From Candidatus Eiseniibacteriota bacterium (GTDB lineage Bacteria; Eisenbacteria; RBG-16-71-46), in the NCBI GenBank assembly GCA_963707915.1, contig OY970178.1, positions 2,528,001 through 2,592,000 on the forward strand: a stretch of DNA of 64,000 nucleotides, written 5' to 3'. Of this stretch, positions 1-11,305 are shown piece by piece (positions within the stretch are counted from its first letter, which is position 1; each line of letters opens with the position of its first letter). Below the pieces are notes generated by a model. The model did no database searches, had not been told where the DNA came from, and was given only the letters and a program-made list of their open reading frames with translations. The translations under genes were made by a program, and so were the position numbers.

Positions 1-1905
1 CTTGCGCGGGTGGCTGTAGGCCGAGAGCACGGTCTTCTTGATCAGGCCCTTCTTCGTGGCGCACACCAGGAAGTGGTGGTCGTCGAACTCCTTGACCGCC
101 ACCACCGCCTGGACCCGCTCCTCGCGCGCCATGCCCTCGAGGTGGTTCACCAGCGGCCGGCCCTTCGCCATCCGCCCGGCCTGCTCGATCTCGTGCACCT
201 TGAGCCAGTAGCAGCGGCCCCGGTCGGTGAGGATCAGCAGGTAGGCGTGCGTGCTGGCCACGAACAGGTGCTCGATGAAGTCCTCTTCCTTGGTCCGCGC
301 GCCGATCACGCCCTTGCCGCCGCGCCGCTGCGAACGGTAGGCGGCGATCTCCTGGCGCTTGATGTAGCCGGCGTGCGAGATCGTGATCACCATGTCCTTC
401 TGCTCGATGGTGTCCTCGTAGCCGATCTCGCCCTCCTCGCCCACGATCTCGGTGCGCCGGTCGTCGCCGTACTTGTCCTTCAGGCGCCGGACCTCCTCCT
501 GGATGATGGCGAGCATCTTCTTCGGGCTGGCGAGGATCGACCGCAGCCGCTCGATCAGCTGGATGATCTCGAGGTATTCCTGCTCGACCTTCGAGCGCTC
601 GAGCCCGGTCAGGCGCGAGAGGCGCATCTCGAGGATGGCGTTCGCCTGGATCTCGCTCAGCTTGAACTGCGTCATCAGGCCCTGGCGCGCGGCGTCGACG
701 TCCTTCGACCCGCGGATCAGGGCGATGACGGCGTCGAGGTGGTCGAGGGCGATCTTGAGGCCCTCGAGGATGTGGGCGCGCTTCTCGGCCTCGGCCAGGT
801 CGAACTCGGTGCGCCGCCGCACGACCACCTGGCGGTGGAGCACGTACTGGTCCACCAGCTGGCGCAGGTTCATGACCTGCGGGCGGTTGTCCACCAGGGC
901 CAGCATGATCGCGCCGAACGTCACCTGCAGCGGGGTGTGGACGAAGAGCTGGTTGAGCACGACCTTCGGGTTGGCGTCCTTCTTGAGCTCGATCACCACC
1001 CGCATGCCGTCGCGGTCGGACTCGTCGCGCAGGTCGCTGATGCCGGTGATCTTCCCCTGGCGCACCAGGCCGGCGATCTTCTCGAGCAGGCTCGCCTTGC
1101 TGACCTGGAAGGGGATCTCGGTCGCCACCAGGCTCATGCGCCCGGCGCGCCCCTCCTCGACCTGGACCCGCGCGCGCACCTTGATGAGGCCGCGCCCGGT
1201 CGAGTAGCAGTCGCGGATGCCCTGGCCGCCGTAGATGATGCCGCCCGTGGGGAAGTCCGGCCCCTTGACGATCTGGGCGAGCGCCTCGGGCGTGGCGTCC
1301 GGGTGCTCGATGACGTGCGCGATGGCGTCGCACACCTCGCCGAGGTTGTGCGGCGGGACCTCGGTCGCCATGCCCACCGCGATGCCCGAGCAGCCGTTGA
1401 CGAGCAGGTTCGGCAGCACGCCCGGCAGCACGGTCGGCTCCTCGAGCGTCTCGTCGTAGTTGGGCCGCAGGTTCACCGTGTTCTTCTCGAGGTCCGCGAG
1501 CATCTCGACCGCGAGGTGGGTGAGGCGGGCCTCGGTGTAGCGCATGGCCGCCGGGGCGTCGCCGTCGATCGAGCCGAAGTTGCCCTGGCCGTCCACCAGC
1601 GGGTAGCGCATGACCCAGCTCTGCGCCAGGCGCACCAGCGTCGGGTAGACCACGCCCTCGCCGTGCGGGTGGTAGTTGCCCGAGGTGTCGCCGGCGATCT
1701 TGGCGCACTTCCGGTAGCCCCGCCCCGGCGTGAGGTTCAGGTCGTTCATCGCGACCAGGATGCGGCGCTGCGAGGGCTTGAGCCCGTCGCGGACGTCGGG
1801 GAGCGCGCGCGCGACGATGACCGACATCGAGTAGTCGATGTAGCTGGTCTTCATCTCGTCTTCGATCGGCTGGTCGATGATGCGGGTGCGGTCGTTCAGT
1901 GCCAT
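1..1905 (-). CDS. gyrA: DNA gyrase subunit A (3' end truncated by window edge)
   Basis: Manual translation from ATG at 1905: [44 protein letters not shown]...YHPHG...[10 protein letters not shown]; GyrA-box QRRGGKG near 310-335. Absent from the ORF track because it has no stop in the window. Confidence 0.98.
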   Translation of the reverse strand, partial: MALNDRTRIIDQPIEDEMKTSYIDYSMSVIVARALPDVRDGLKPSQRRILVAMNDLNLTPGRGYRKCAKIAGDTSGNYHPHGEGVVYPTLVRLAQSWVMRYPLVDGQGNFGSIDGDAPAAMRYTEARLTHLAVEMLADLEKNTVNLRPNYDETLEEPTVLPGVLPNLLVNGCSGIAVGMATEVPPHNLGEVCDAIAHVIEHPDATPEALAQIVKGPDFPTGGIIYGGQGIRDCYSTGRGLIKVRARVQVEEGRAGRMSLVATEIPFQVSKASLLEKIAGLVRQGKITGISDLRDESDRDGMRVVIELKKDANPKVVLNQLFVHTPLQVTFGAIMLALVDNRPQVMNLRQLVDQYVLHRQVVVRRRTEFDLAEAEKRAHILEGLKIALDHLDAVIALIRGSKDVDAARQGLMTQFKLSEIQANAILEMRLSRLTGLERSKVEQEYLEIIQLIERLRSILASPKKMLAIIQEEVRRLKDKYGDDRRTEIVGEEGEIGYEDTIEQKDMVITISHAGYIKRQEIAAYRSQRRGGKGVIGARTKEEDFIEHLFVASTHAYLLILTDRGRCYWLKVHEIEQAGRMAKGRPLVNHLEGMAREERVQAVVAVKEFDDHHFLVCATKKGLIKKTVLSAYSHPRK

Positions 1906-1963
1906 GCCCTCGTCCCTGCTTCACGCCCGGCGGGGAGCCCGCCCGGGCGACGGTCCTGTCGTC

Positions 1964-2568
1964 CTAGCGCCAGGTGATGTCGAGGCCGGCGCTCATGAAA
2001 CGGCCTTCGTGGTCGTTGAACAGGCGGTGGTAGCGGACGACCGCCCCCAGGGCGACGTGGCCGCCGAGTGGCCGGCGCATCCCCGCCCCGAGGCTGAAGC
2101 CCGCCGAGCCGAGGCTGCCGAGCTTGTGGCCGCGCAGGTCGTCGGCGATCCGGTACCAGCCCCAGCTCGCGCTGGCGAAGGGGACCGTGCGGAACACCGG
2201 CGGCGCCGAGACGTCGAGCCGCCAGGAGGCGCCCCAGGCGGCGCGGTGGACCTGCTCGACCTTCCCGCCGGCGATCCCGTGGCCCTGCTCGTCCCGCAGG
2301 CTGTCCACCGTCGAGCCGGCGTCGTCGCCGTGGAGCATCACTCCGAAAGCGACCCGCGGCGCCACCGGCCACAGCATCGAGAGCGAGGCCGAGGAGCCGC
2401 CGTCGGACGGCTCGCCGACCACCGCGAACGTGCTGCCCACCGAGGCGCCCAGCTCCGGGCGCAGCGTCCCGGCCCACGCGGCGCCCGGCACCAGCAGCAC
2501 CGCCAACAGCCCAAACCCCGTCCACTTCTTCGTCCGGCTCGACTGCACAGGCGTCGTTGGTCTCGTCA

Positions 2569-2569
<1 letters not shown>
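1964..2569 (-). CDS. Putative small outer-membrane beta-barrel protein (201 aa)
   Basis: C-terminal part of ORF 1964..4093. ATG overlaps the gyrB stop (TGATG); signal-peptide-like GFGLLAVLLVPGAAWA; alternating beta-strand pattern; ends MSAGLDITWR. Confidence 0.7.
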
Positions 2570-4817
<2,248 letters not shown>

Positions 4818-4820
4818 GCG

Positions 4821-5972
4821 CTACGATCCCGCGTCGGGGAGGCGCAGCGGCATGATCAGGCAGAGCAGGTTCTCTTCGCTCTGCGGCAAGGCACCCACGG
4901 GCTCGATGATCCCGGCCGAGAGCGACGTCTTCAGCCGGAACGAGACCTGCTCCGTGGGGATGCAGCGCAGGATCTCCAGCAGGTAGCCCGCGTTGTAGCC
5001 GATCTCGAGGGGTTCCCCGTCGTACCCGGCCGGGAGTTTCTGTTCGCCGGCCCCGAGTTCCTGCGTGGTCGACGAGACACCGAGGTTGTCCTTGCGCACC
5101 GAGAAGCGCACCTGCTTGGTGACGTTGTCCGCGTGCGAGGCCACGATGTCGATGGCCTGGATCAGGTCGTCGCGGCGCACCGTGAGGGTGTGCGGGTTGT
5201 CCTTGGGGATGACCTGTTCGTAGTTCGGGTAGGCACCCTCGAGGAGCCGCGTGATGATCTGCACCCGGAACTCCCCCACCTGGGTGCTGAAGCCCGCCTG
5301 GTTGCGTCCGGCGGCGACCTCGATCTCGACCGGGCTGGTGGCTTCCTCGGCCGTGCGGCTCACGGTCTGGAGCGCGCGCGTCGGCACGATGATGCCCTGC
5401 GCGGAGAGCCCCGCGTAGGAACCCTTGCGCAGGGACCGCGAGAGCCGGTGCCCGTCGGTGGCGACGAAGGTCAGCCCCTTCTCGGTGCCCAGGAACAGGA
5501 CGCCGTTCAACTGCGGTCGCGTCTCCTCGGTCGAGGCGGAATACAGGGTCCGCGCCGCCAGCCGCGAGAGCGTGGCCCCGTCCAGCGTGACCCGGGACTC
5601 GCCCTTCAGCTCGGGGATGCGCGGGAACTCGGCGGGGTCCTGCACCGGGAAGCGCGACCAGCCCTTGCCGTCGCCGTAGTCCACCTGGCACTGCCCATTG
5701 CGCACCGCCAGAGTCAGCACGCCCTTGGGCATCTTCCGCACGACTTCGTGGAAGTGCCGTGCCGGGATCGCCACCTTGCCCGGGCTCGAGGTGGTGCAGG
5801 GAACCCGCACGGAGGTGGTCACGTCGAGGTCGGTCCCGGTCACGTTCAGGCCACCCTTTTCGGCCTCGATCAGCACGCAACTCAGGAGCGGCAGAGGACT
5901 CTTGCTCGCCACCGATCCCAGGGCCCGCGCGACCGCGAACGCGAGGTCACCCTGCTGGATGGTCAGCTCCAT
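4821..5972 (-). CDS. dnaN: DNA polymerase III beta sliding clamp
   Basis: TGTDLD, RPQLNGV, VATDGHRLS, LLEGAYPNYEQVIP, LIMPLRL; ATG at 5972 preceded by GGAG. Confidence 0.97.
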   Translation of the reverse strand: MELTIQQGDLAFAVARALGSVASKSPLPLLSCVLIEAEKGGLNVTGTDLDVTTSVRVPCTTSSPGKVAIPARHFHEVVRKMPKGVLTLAVRNGQCQVDYGDGKGWSRFPVQDPAEFPRIPELKGESRVTLDGATLSRLAARTLYSASTEETRPQLNGVLFLGTEKGLTFVATDGHRLSRSLRKGSYAGLSAQGIIVPTRALQTVSRTAEEATSPVEIEVAAGRNQAGFSTQVGEFRVQIITRLLEGAYPNYEQVIPKDNPHTLTVRRDDLIQAIDIVASHADNVTKQVRFSVRKDNLGVSSTTQELGAGEQKLPAGYDGEPLEIGYNAGYLLEILRCIPTEQVSFRLKTSLSAGIIEPVGALPQSEENLLCLIMPLRLPDAGS

Positions 5973-6067
5973 AAAGGTCACTCCATGACTGGGGGAAGCC
6001 CAAGTCCGGCCACGGGTTCCGCGGGGCGGGACGTCGATCGCCGGAGGCTCATGTCCGTAACCACGGC

Positions 6068-6096
6068 ATCATAGGCGGGACGGGGGTGGTCCGCAA
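6068..6096 (-). promoter_or_regulatory. Putative sigma70-type promoter for dnaN
   Basis: Minus strand TTGCGG (6096-6091), 17 nt, TATGAT (6073-6068). Confidence 0.6.
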
Positions 6097-6129
6097 GTGA
6101 TTTTCGGTTCGCGCCTATGACTCTAACTG

Positions 6130-6335
6130 CTTGTCACCCAATAAGAAAAAGACTAGTAGCCGTAGGGGCTGTGGAGTCTGTTGGGGGCCGATTCCAGACA
6201 CCCGCAAGCACCGTCCCGGCAAGGGCTGGGAAGGTCGCCGGCAAGTGTGGGGAAGCCCGTCCGTTGTGCCCCCCTTTGCATGGACCTTGCCGGTGACGGT
6301 CGAGTATCCCCAGCCTTCCACAGGTTATCCACAGC
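6130..6335. other. oriC: Replication origin oriC (dnaA-dnaN intergenic region)
   Basis: Perfect DnaA box TTATCCACA at 6325-6333 with adjacent variants at 6304 and 6314. Minus strand CCCCCAACA-GACTCCACA-GCCCC-TAC-GGC-TAC-TAG-TCTTTTTCTTATT resembles the DnaA box / GC spacer / DnaA-trio unwinding module. Confidence 0.85.
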
Positions 6336-7724
6336 TCATCCAGCGGCCAGCGTGGAGATGAGTCCGTTGATGCGCTCCGCGAACTCCCCGTCCGTCGCCA
6401 CCATCGCCCCCACCTTCTCGCAGGCGTAGATGACGGTGGAGTGGTCCCGCCCGCCGAAGATGCGGCCGATGTCCACCAGGGAGAGTTCCGTGAGCTGTCG
6501 CAGCAGGAACATCGCAACCTGCCGCGGCAGTGCCACCGAGCGTGTCCGCCGCTGCCCGAACAGGGCCTCGACCTTGATGCTGAACTGCTCGGACACCAGC
6601 GCCACGATGCGCTCGGGGGTGAGCTGGTCGGAATCCGGGTGAACGTAGTGCTGGAGCACCTCCTCGGCCAGCTCGAGCGAGATCTCCTGGCCGGTCAGGG
6701 CCGCCACCGCCATCAGCCGCACCAGGCAGCCCTCGAGGTCGCGGATGTTCGTCCGGACGCGGTCCGCGATGAGCAGCAGCACGTCCTCCGAGAGGCGCAC
6801 GTCGGCGCCCTCCTGGTCGCAGCGGTTGCGCAGGATGGCGATCCGGGTCTCGAGGTCGGGCTGCTTGATGTCGGTGACCAGCCCCTGGTTGAAGCGTGAC
6901 GTGAGACGCGCCTCCAGCATCGGGATGTCCTTGGGCGGCTTGTCCGCGGTCACCACGATCTGCTTGTGCGCGTCGCGCAGGGCGTTGAAGGTGTAGAAGA
7001 ACTCCTCCTGCGTGCTCTCCTTCCCCGCCAGGAACTGGATATCGTCGATCAGCAGCAGGTCCACGTTCCGGTACTTGTTGCGGAACGCCAGCGTCTGGGC
7101 GTGCTGGATCGCGTAGATCATCTCGTTGGTGAAGCGCTCGGCCGGCACGTAGTAGACGCGCAGGTCCGGCCGGCTGCACATCACCTGGTGGCCGATGGCG
7201 TGCAGCAGGTGGGTCTTGCCCAGGCCCGATCCGCCGAAGATGAAGAGCGGGTTGTAGGAGTGCCCGGGGTTCTGCGCGACCGCCATGCAGGCGGCGTGCG
7301 TGAAGCGGTTGCTGCTGCCGACGACGAAGCTCTCGAACGTGTGCCGGGGGCTCAGCTGGCTGTCGAGCCACAGGCGCGCGGCGCGTGGCGCCACCGTGGT
7401 CGTGGTCGCCGTGGGGCCCGGGCGCTGCTCGGCCGGCGGAGCCGGGGCCACCGGCTCCAGGGCCGAGAAGCGGACCTCGGGCGCGGCGCCCAGCACCTCC
7501 ACGAGGCTCTGGCGCAGTGCGGTCAGGTGGTGTTCGTGGATCCAGTCCACGAAGAATGCGTTGGGGACTTCCAATTCGACGAGCTGGGTGCTGATGGCAC
7601 GGGGGATGATCGGCTTGAACCAGGTGTCCAGCGCCTGGGGGCTGCCGAGCCTGCCGCGCACGGAGTCGAGGACTCGAGCCCAGATGACGCCCGTCTCCTC
7701 CGACTGCAACGACTGGACGGCCAT
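6336..7724 (-). CDS. dnaA: Chromosomal replication initiator DnaA
   Basis: YNPLFIFGGSGLGKTHLLHAIG, LLIDDIQFL, FGGRDHSTVIYA. Start placed at ATG 7724 (462 aa) because the longer ORF runs through DnaA boxes. Confidence 0.97.
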   Translation of the reverse strand: MAVQSLQSEETGVIWARVLDSVRGRLGSPQALDTWFKPIIPRAISTQLVELEVPNAFFVDWIHEHHLTALRQSLVEVLGAAPEVRFSALEPVAPAPPAEQRPGPTATTTTVAPRAARLWLDSQLSPRHTFESFVVGSSNRFTHAACMAVAQNPGHSYNPLFIFGGSGLGKTHLLHAIGHQVMCSRPDLRVYYVPAERFTNEMIYAIQHAQTLAFRNKYRNVDLLLIDDIQFLAGKESTQEEFFYTFNALRDAHKQIVVTADKPPKDIPMLEARLTSRFNQGLVTDIKQPDLETRIAILRNRCDQEGADVRLSEDVLLLIADRVRTNIRDLEGCLVRLMAVAALTGQEISLELAEEVLQHYVHPDSDQLTPERIVALVSEQFSIKVEALFGQRRTRSVALPRQVAMFLLRQLTELSLVDIGRIFGGRDHSTVIYACEKVGAMVATDGEFAERINGLISTLAAG

Positions 7725-7755
7725 TTCAACGATCCTTGCTGAAAGGTCGCGAGAG

Positions 7756-7934
7756 TTGTCCACAGGGAGCCGGGCGATGGCGGCCTCAGCCAGCCGTGGC
7801 CCGGGGCCCTGGGGTGCGACGATTTGTGGAGAGTGTGGAAAGGGCTTATCAACAATCTGCGCATAGGTCTCATCTTGTTTGCTTGCGTGGCTTTGGGCTC
7901 GGTCGCGCCTCCTTTCGTCCACACGTTTTCCACA
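7756..7934. promoter_or_regulatory. DnaA-box cluster upstream of dnaA
   Basis: TTGTCCACA 7756, TGTGGAGAG 7825, TGTGGAAAG 7834, TTATCAACA 7846, TCGTCCACA 7915, TTTTCCACA 7926. Confidence 0.8.
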
Positions 7935-8081
7935 TGTCGCCGGTGGCCTCGGCCGGGACCGCGAATCGATCCGCGCGGCAATCCGGCCCCGCAGACCGAA
8001 GCTCATTCTTTGCTTTGATTTGGAATGGATCGCCGATTCCCGCGAGCGGCGGCCGAGAAGGATCTCCGCTCAGGGGCCGGG

Positions 8082-8110
8082 AGGCTAGCACCGTCGGCGG
8101 GGCCCGACAA
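8082..8110 (-). promoter_or_regulatory. Putative dnaA promoter
   Basis: Minus strand TTGTCG, 17 nt, TAGCCT, with TG upstream of the -10. Confidence 0.6.
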
Positions 8111-8220
8111 GGCCCATTTTGACGCAGGGTATCCATCCGCAACCTGCTGCAATCAAGACGGTTGCGGCTGACCAAACATCCGCGACCCGGGGCGGCTCCG
8201 GGCGCCGCCCCGGCCTCGGG

Positions 8221-8853
8221 TCAGAACGGGAAGTTGGCCCCCGCCGAGAAGACCGAGCGGTCGTCGAAATCGTCGCCGAGGCGCAGCTGGAACTCCGCCG
8301 TGATGCGCACGCCCGGGATCGCCCGCAACTCGGCGCCCAGCCTCAGGGGCGTCGAAAAATCGTTGTCGCTCATGCCGGCCACGTCCCAGTTGGCGAAGGA
8401 GAGCATGGCGCCCGCGTAGGGCACGAACGAGGAACTGCCCGAGAGCGGGAAGGTGTGGCTGGCCACGATCGAGGGACCGAGCCGGAGCACGGAGTAGTCG
8501 TCGCTGGTCTCGACGCCGATCCCCGCCCCCACCGCGATGTCCACGGGCCGGCCCGTGGTCGCCTTCGCCACGCCGAAGCGCCCATCGACGCCCAGGCGCA
8601 GCGTGGTCTTGGAGCCACCCACCAGGTCGATGCGGGAGAGCCCGCCCTGGAAGCCGAAGTCCATGTTCGGATAGAAGCTCAGTCGCAGCTGGCCCAGCGC
8701 ACCGACCACGTCCTGGCTGAAGTTCACGTAGGCGCCGCCCAGCCGCGCGTTCACCGGCAGGATCTCGGCGGGCGTGTACTGCCCGAACACCTGGGCGTGG
8801 GCTGCCGGCGCGAGGCTCGCGACGAGCAGCGTGAGGAGCACGAGCTTCTTCAC
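8221..8853 (-). CDS. Outer-membrane beta-barrel protein
   Basis: GGAGG then GTG; signal peptide KKLVLLTLLVASLAPAAHA; amphipathic strands; C-terminal ...SAGANFPF. Confidence 0.8.
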   Translation of the reverse strand: MKKLVLLTLLVASLAPAAHAQVFGQYTPAEILPVNARLGGAYVNFSQDVVGALGQLRLSFYPNMDFGFQGGLSRIDLVGGSKTTLRLGVDGRFGVAKATTGRPVDIAVGAGIGVETSDDYSVLRLGPSIVASHTFPLSGSSSFVPYAGAMLSFANWDVAGMSDNDFSTPLRLGAELRAIPGVRITAEFQLRLGDDFDDRSVFSAGANFPF

Positions 8854-9009
8854 GTTCAACCTCCGGAGCGGAAGGATGGGGGGCGTCCCAGTATGACTGC
8901 CCCCGCAAAGTCGCAAATCCACGAAACCCGGGTCAAGCGGAAACCCCGGCGCGCGGTTTCCGGTGGCCCGCCCGCGGCGCGGGCGCGTCCGCCCCGCGGG
9001 CCGGCGGGA

Positions 9010-9894
9010 TCAGGGGGCCGGCGCCTGGTCGAAGAAGCTCGAGGCCCACTGCGCCCGCGGACGGAAGCCGAGGGCGAGGTAGACCGCGATCGCCGGGGCG
9101 TTGGAGTCGTTCACGAACAGGCAGGCGGCCCGGGTGCGCGCGAAGAGACGCGTGCAGAGTTCCGCCAGGCCGCGGCGCGCGAGGCCGCGGTTGCGGCGCT
9201 CGGGCGGCACGAAGACCCCCGAGATCTGCACCGCGTCCGCGGTGAGCGCGCTCAGGCTGGCCCGGAACAGCAGCGCGTCGTCCGCCAGCCAGAGATGGGT
9301 ATGGCCCTGGCGGCATTCCTCCTCGACGCGCCGCGCATAGCCCCCGGGGTCCGCCTGGCGCGGGTCCTCCTTGAGCTCCTCGGCCCGCAGTTCCGCGCCG
9401 GTCCGGTGGACCAGGTCGTAGTCCTCGGGCCGCGCCGCGCGCAGCTCGGGAAGCCGCTCGAAGGGCGGCAGCCCGCCCCGGTCCACCGCCATGTAGCTCT
9501 GCGGCAGCTCGAGCCGCGGGGCGAGGCCCGCCTCGCGCAGGCGGGCCACGACGGCCGCGACCGCGGCCCGCGCCCCCACGACCTGGAACTGGCGGGGGAC
9601 GATCGCGAGCCGCCCGGCGACGCACTCCGCGAGGGCGGCCAGCGCCGCGGGGTCGTCGCCCGCGGGCAGGACGGCGCCGGAGGAACCGCCCAGGAAGACG
9701 AGACCCGCGATCGCGCCCCTCCTGCGCGCCACCCAGTACTCGTCGCGCGGGGCGGCGAGCCCGTCGCGCAGCACCAGGGCCACGAGGTAGGCGTTCACGA
9801 CCGGGTCGCGGTCGAGCCAGCCGAAGACTTCGAGCATCTCGGGGTAGCCGGCACGCTCGACGACGACCTCGGAGCGGTCGGGATGCTGGGACAT
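9010..9894 (-). CDS. GNAT family N-acetyltransferase (two-domain)
   Basis: C-terminal acetyl-CoA motif GVFVPPERRNRGLA and NAPAIAVYLALGF. Confidence 0.85.
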   Translation of the reverse strand: MSQHPDRSEVVVERAGYPEMLEVFGWLDRDPVVNAYLVALVLRDGLAAPRDEYWVARRRGAIAGLVFLGGSSGAVLPAGDDPAALAALAECVAGRLAIVPRQFQVVGARAAVAAVVARLREAGLAPRLELPQSYMAVDRGGLPPFERLPELRAARPEDYDLVHRTGAELRAEELKEDPRQADPGGYARRVEEECRQGHTHLWLADDALLFRASLSALTADAVQISGVFVPPERRNRGLARRGLAELCTRLFARTRAACLFVNDSNAPAIAVYLALGFRPRAQWASSFFDQAPAP

Positions 9895-9977
9895 GGGATC
9901 CCCTCGCGCGGCCGGTTCGCCTGCGCGAAGGCAATCTAGACCGCGGGGATGCGGCGGACAACCGCGCGTCTCCCGCG

Positions 9978-10325
9978 TCAGTCCTCCGCGGCGGCGCTCC
10001 TCCCCCGCCCGCGCTTCTTCTCGGCCTCGAGCCGCTTGCCGGCCAGCCGCTTCTCGACCGCGGTGCGCGTCGGTCTCGTCGGGCGCCGGGGCTTCGGCCG
10101 GCGGGCGCGGCGTTCGAGCTCCTCGAGCACCCGCTCGAGCGCCGTCTCCCGGTTGCGCGCCTGCGAGCGGCTCTCGGTCGCGATGCGCACGATGCCGCTC
10201 GGCAGGTGTCGCACGCGCACGCTCGACTCGGTCTTGTTCTTCTTCTGCCCGCCGGGCCCGGACGACTTGTAGGGCGTGATCTCGCAGTCGCGGGCGAGGC
10301 GCTCGATGGCGGGAGCGAGCGGCAT
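9978..10325 (-). CDS. Stand-alone GGQ peptidyl-tRNA hydrolase, ArfB-like ribosome rescue factor
   Basis: SSGPGGQKKNKTESSVRVRHLPSGIV, RSQARNRETAL and a very basic C-terminal tail. Confidence 0.85.
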   Translation of the reverse strand: MPLAPAIERLARDCEITPYKSSGPGGQKKNKTESSVRVRHLPSGIVRIATESRSQARNRETALERVLEELERRARRPKPRRPTRPTRTAVEKRLAGKRLEAEKKRGRGRSAAAED

Positions 10326-10336
10326 GGCGGCCGGCG

Positions 10337-11305
10337 CTATCCTTCCCCGCGGACCCGGGCGACGACCTTGCCGGCGATCAGTCGCTCCAGCGCCGCGCGG
10401 TCGGGCGCGTCCAGCACGATGAAGTCGCTCTGGTCGCGGCCCGGGAGCAGGAGAAGCTGCCGGCCGCTCCAGAGCGCGCGGCTCAGGACCAGGTGCCCCG
10501 AGAGCCTCACGGCGTACGGGGCGTGGCGTTCCAGCGGCCAGCTCTTCCGGCTGACGATCACGAGGTCGCCGGCCGCGAGCACGTCGCCCACGCGCCGCGC
10601 GCCGGCGGTCGAGAGGCGGAACGCGAACGGCCGCACCGGTGGCTCGATCCCGGCGAGCGAATCGGCGGAGACGCGATGCACCGCGCGAAGCTCGGGACTC
10701 GAACGGGCGCCGTCGCCCGGGTCGGCGCCCTCGGCGATCTCGGGCACCAGGATCTTCGCCTGCGGACCCGCCCCGGGCGGCGGTGTCGCGGGGATCTGGG
10801 CCAGGTCCGGCACGACCTCGTCGCCATGGCCACCGGCCGGGTCCAGGATCGGCCGGGCCTGCAGAAGGGCGCCCGGCTGCCGGCCGGCGCCCGCGAGGGT
10901 GGTCTCGTCCGCCGCCGGCTCGGGCGGGGGAGGGCCGGGCCCGGGCCCCCGTCCGGCAAGCAGCCCCGCGTAGCCGGGGTGTCCCAGCGTCTCGGCGAGG
11001 AACTGCACGGCGCGGGCGGTCTCGACGGGATCCGAGCGCCTGCCGGTCGCCGCCCAGGCGAGGTAGATGCGCCGATCGTCGAGCAGCGCTTCGGCCAGTC
11101 GCGAGGCCAGTGCGGGATGCGGGGTCTTCGCGCCGCTCTCGAGTTGCGAGAGGTAGGAGGCCGAACTCTCCCTGAGTCCGACCCGGAGCGCCACGTCGCG
11201 CACCGTGAGCCCCAGCGTCTCGCGGCGCTGCCTCATGCGGCCACCCACGGGGTGACCGGTCGGCCTGGGCGGGCGGCCTCTTCGAGGTCGTTCGAGCGGG
11301 TCCAT
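10337..11305 (-). CDS. XRE-family HTH regulator with C-terminal S24/LexA-like domain
   Basis: RQRRETLGLTVRDVALRVG...YLSQLESG HTH; C-terminal FAFRL...GDLVIV...LLLLP...IAGKVV resembles the LexA CTD. Start 11305 lies 7 nt after a TATGAT -10. Confidence 0.8.
   Translation of the reverse strand: MDPLERPRRGRPPRPTGHPVGGRMRQRRETLGLTVRDVALRVGLRESSASYLSQLESGAKTPHPALASRLAEALLDDRRIYLAWAATGRRSDPVETARAVQFLAETLGHPGYAGLLAGRGPGPGPPPPEPAADETTLAGAGRQPGALLQARPILDPAGGHGDEVVPDLAQIPATPPPGAGPQAKILVPEIAEGADPGDGARSSPELRAVHRVSADSLAGIEPPVRPFAFRLSTAGARRVGDVLAAGDLVIVSRKSWPLERHAPYAVRLSGHLVLSRALWSGRQLLLLPGRDQSDFIVLDAPDRAALERLIAGKVVARVRGEG

Noticed and set aside
7725..8006. 94-aa N-terminal extension of DnaA in the ORF track
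   Set aside because: It runs through a DnaA-box cluster, and DnaA domain I similarity begins only after ATG 7724.
8137..8167. Inverted repeat CCGCAACC...GGTTGCGG upstream of the dnaA promoter
   Set aside because: An 8-bp stem with a long loop; it could be a terminator or operator, but I cannot distinguish it from chance.
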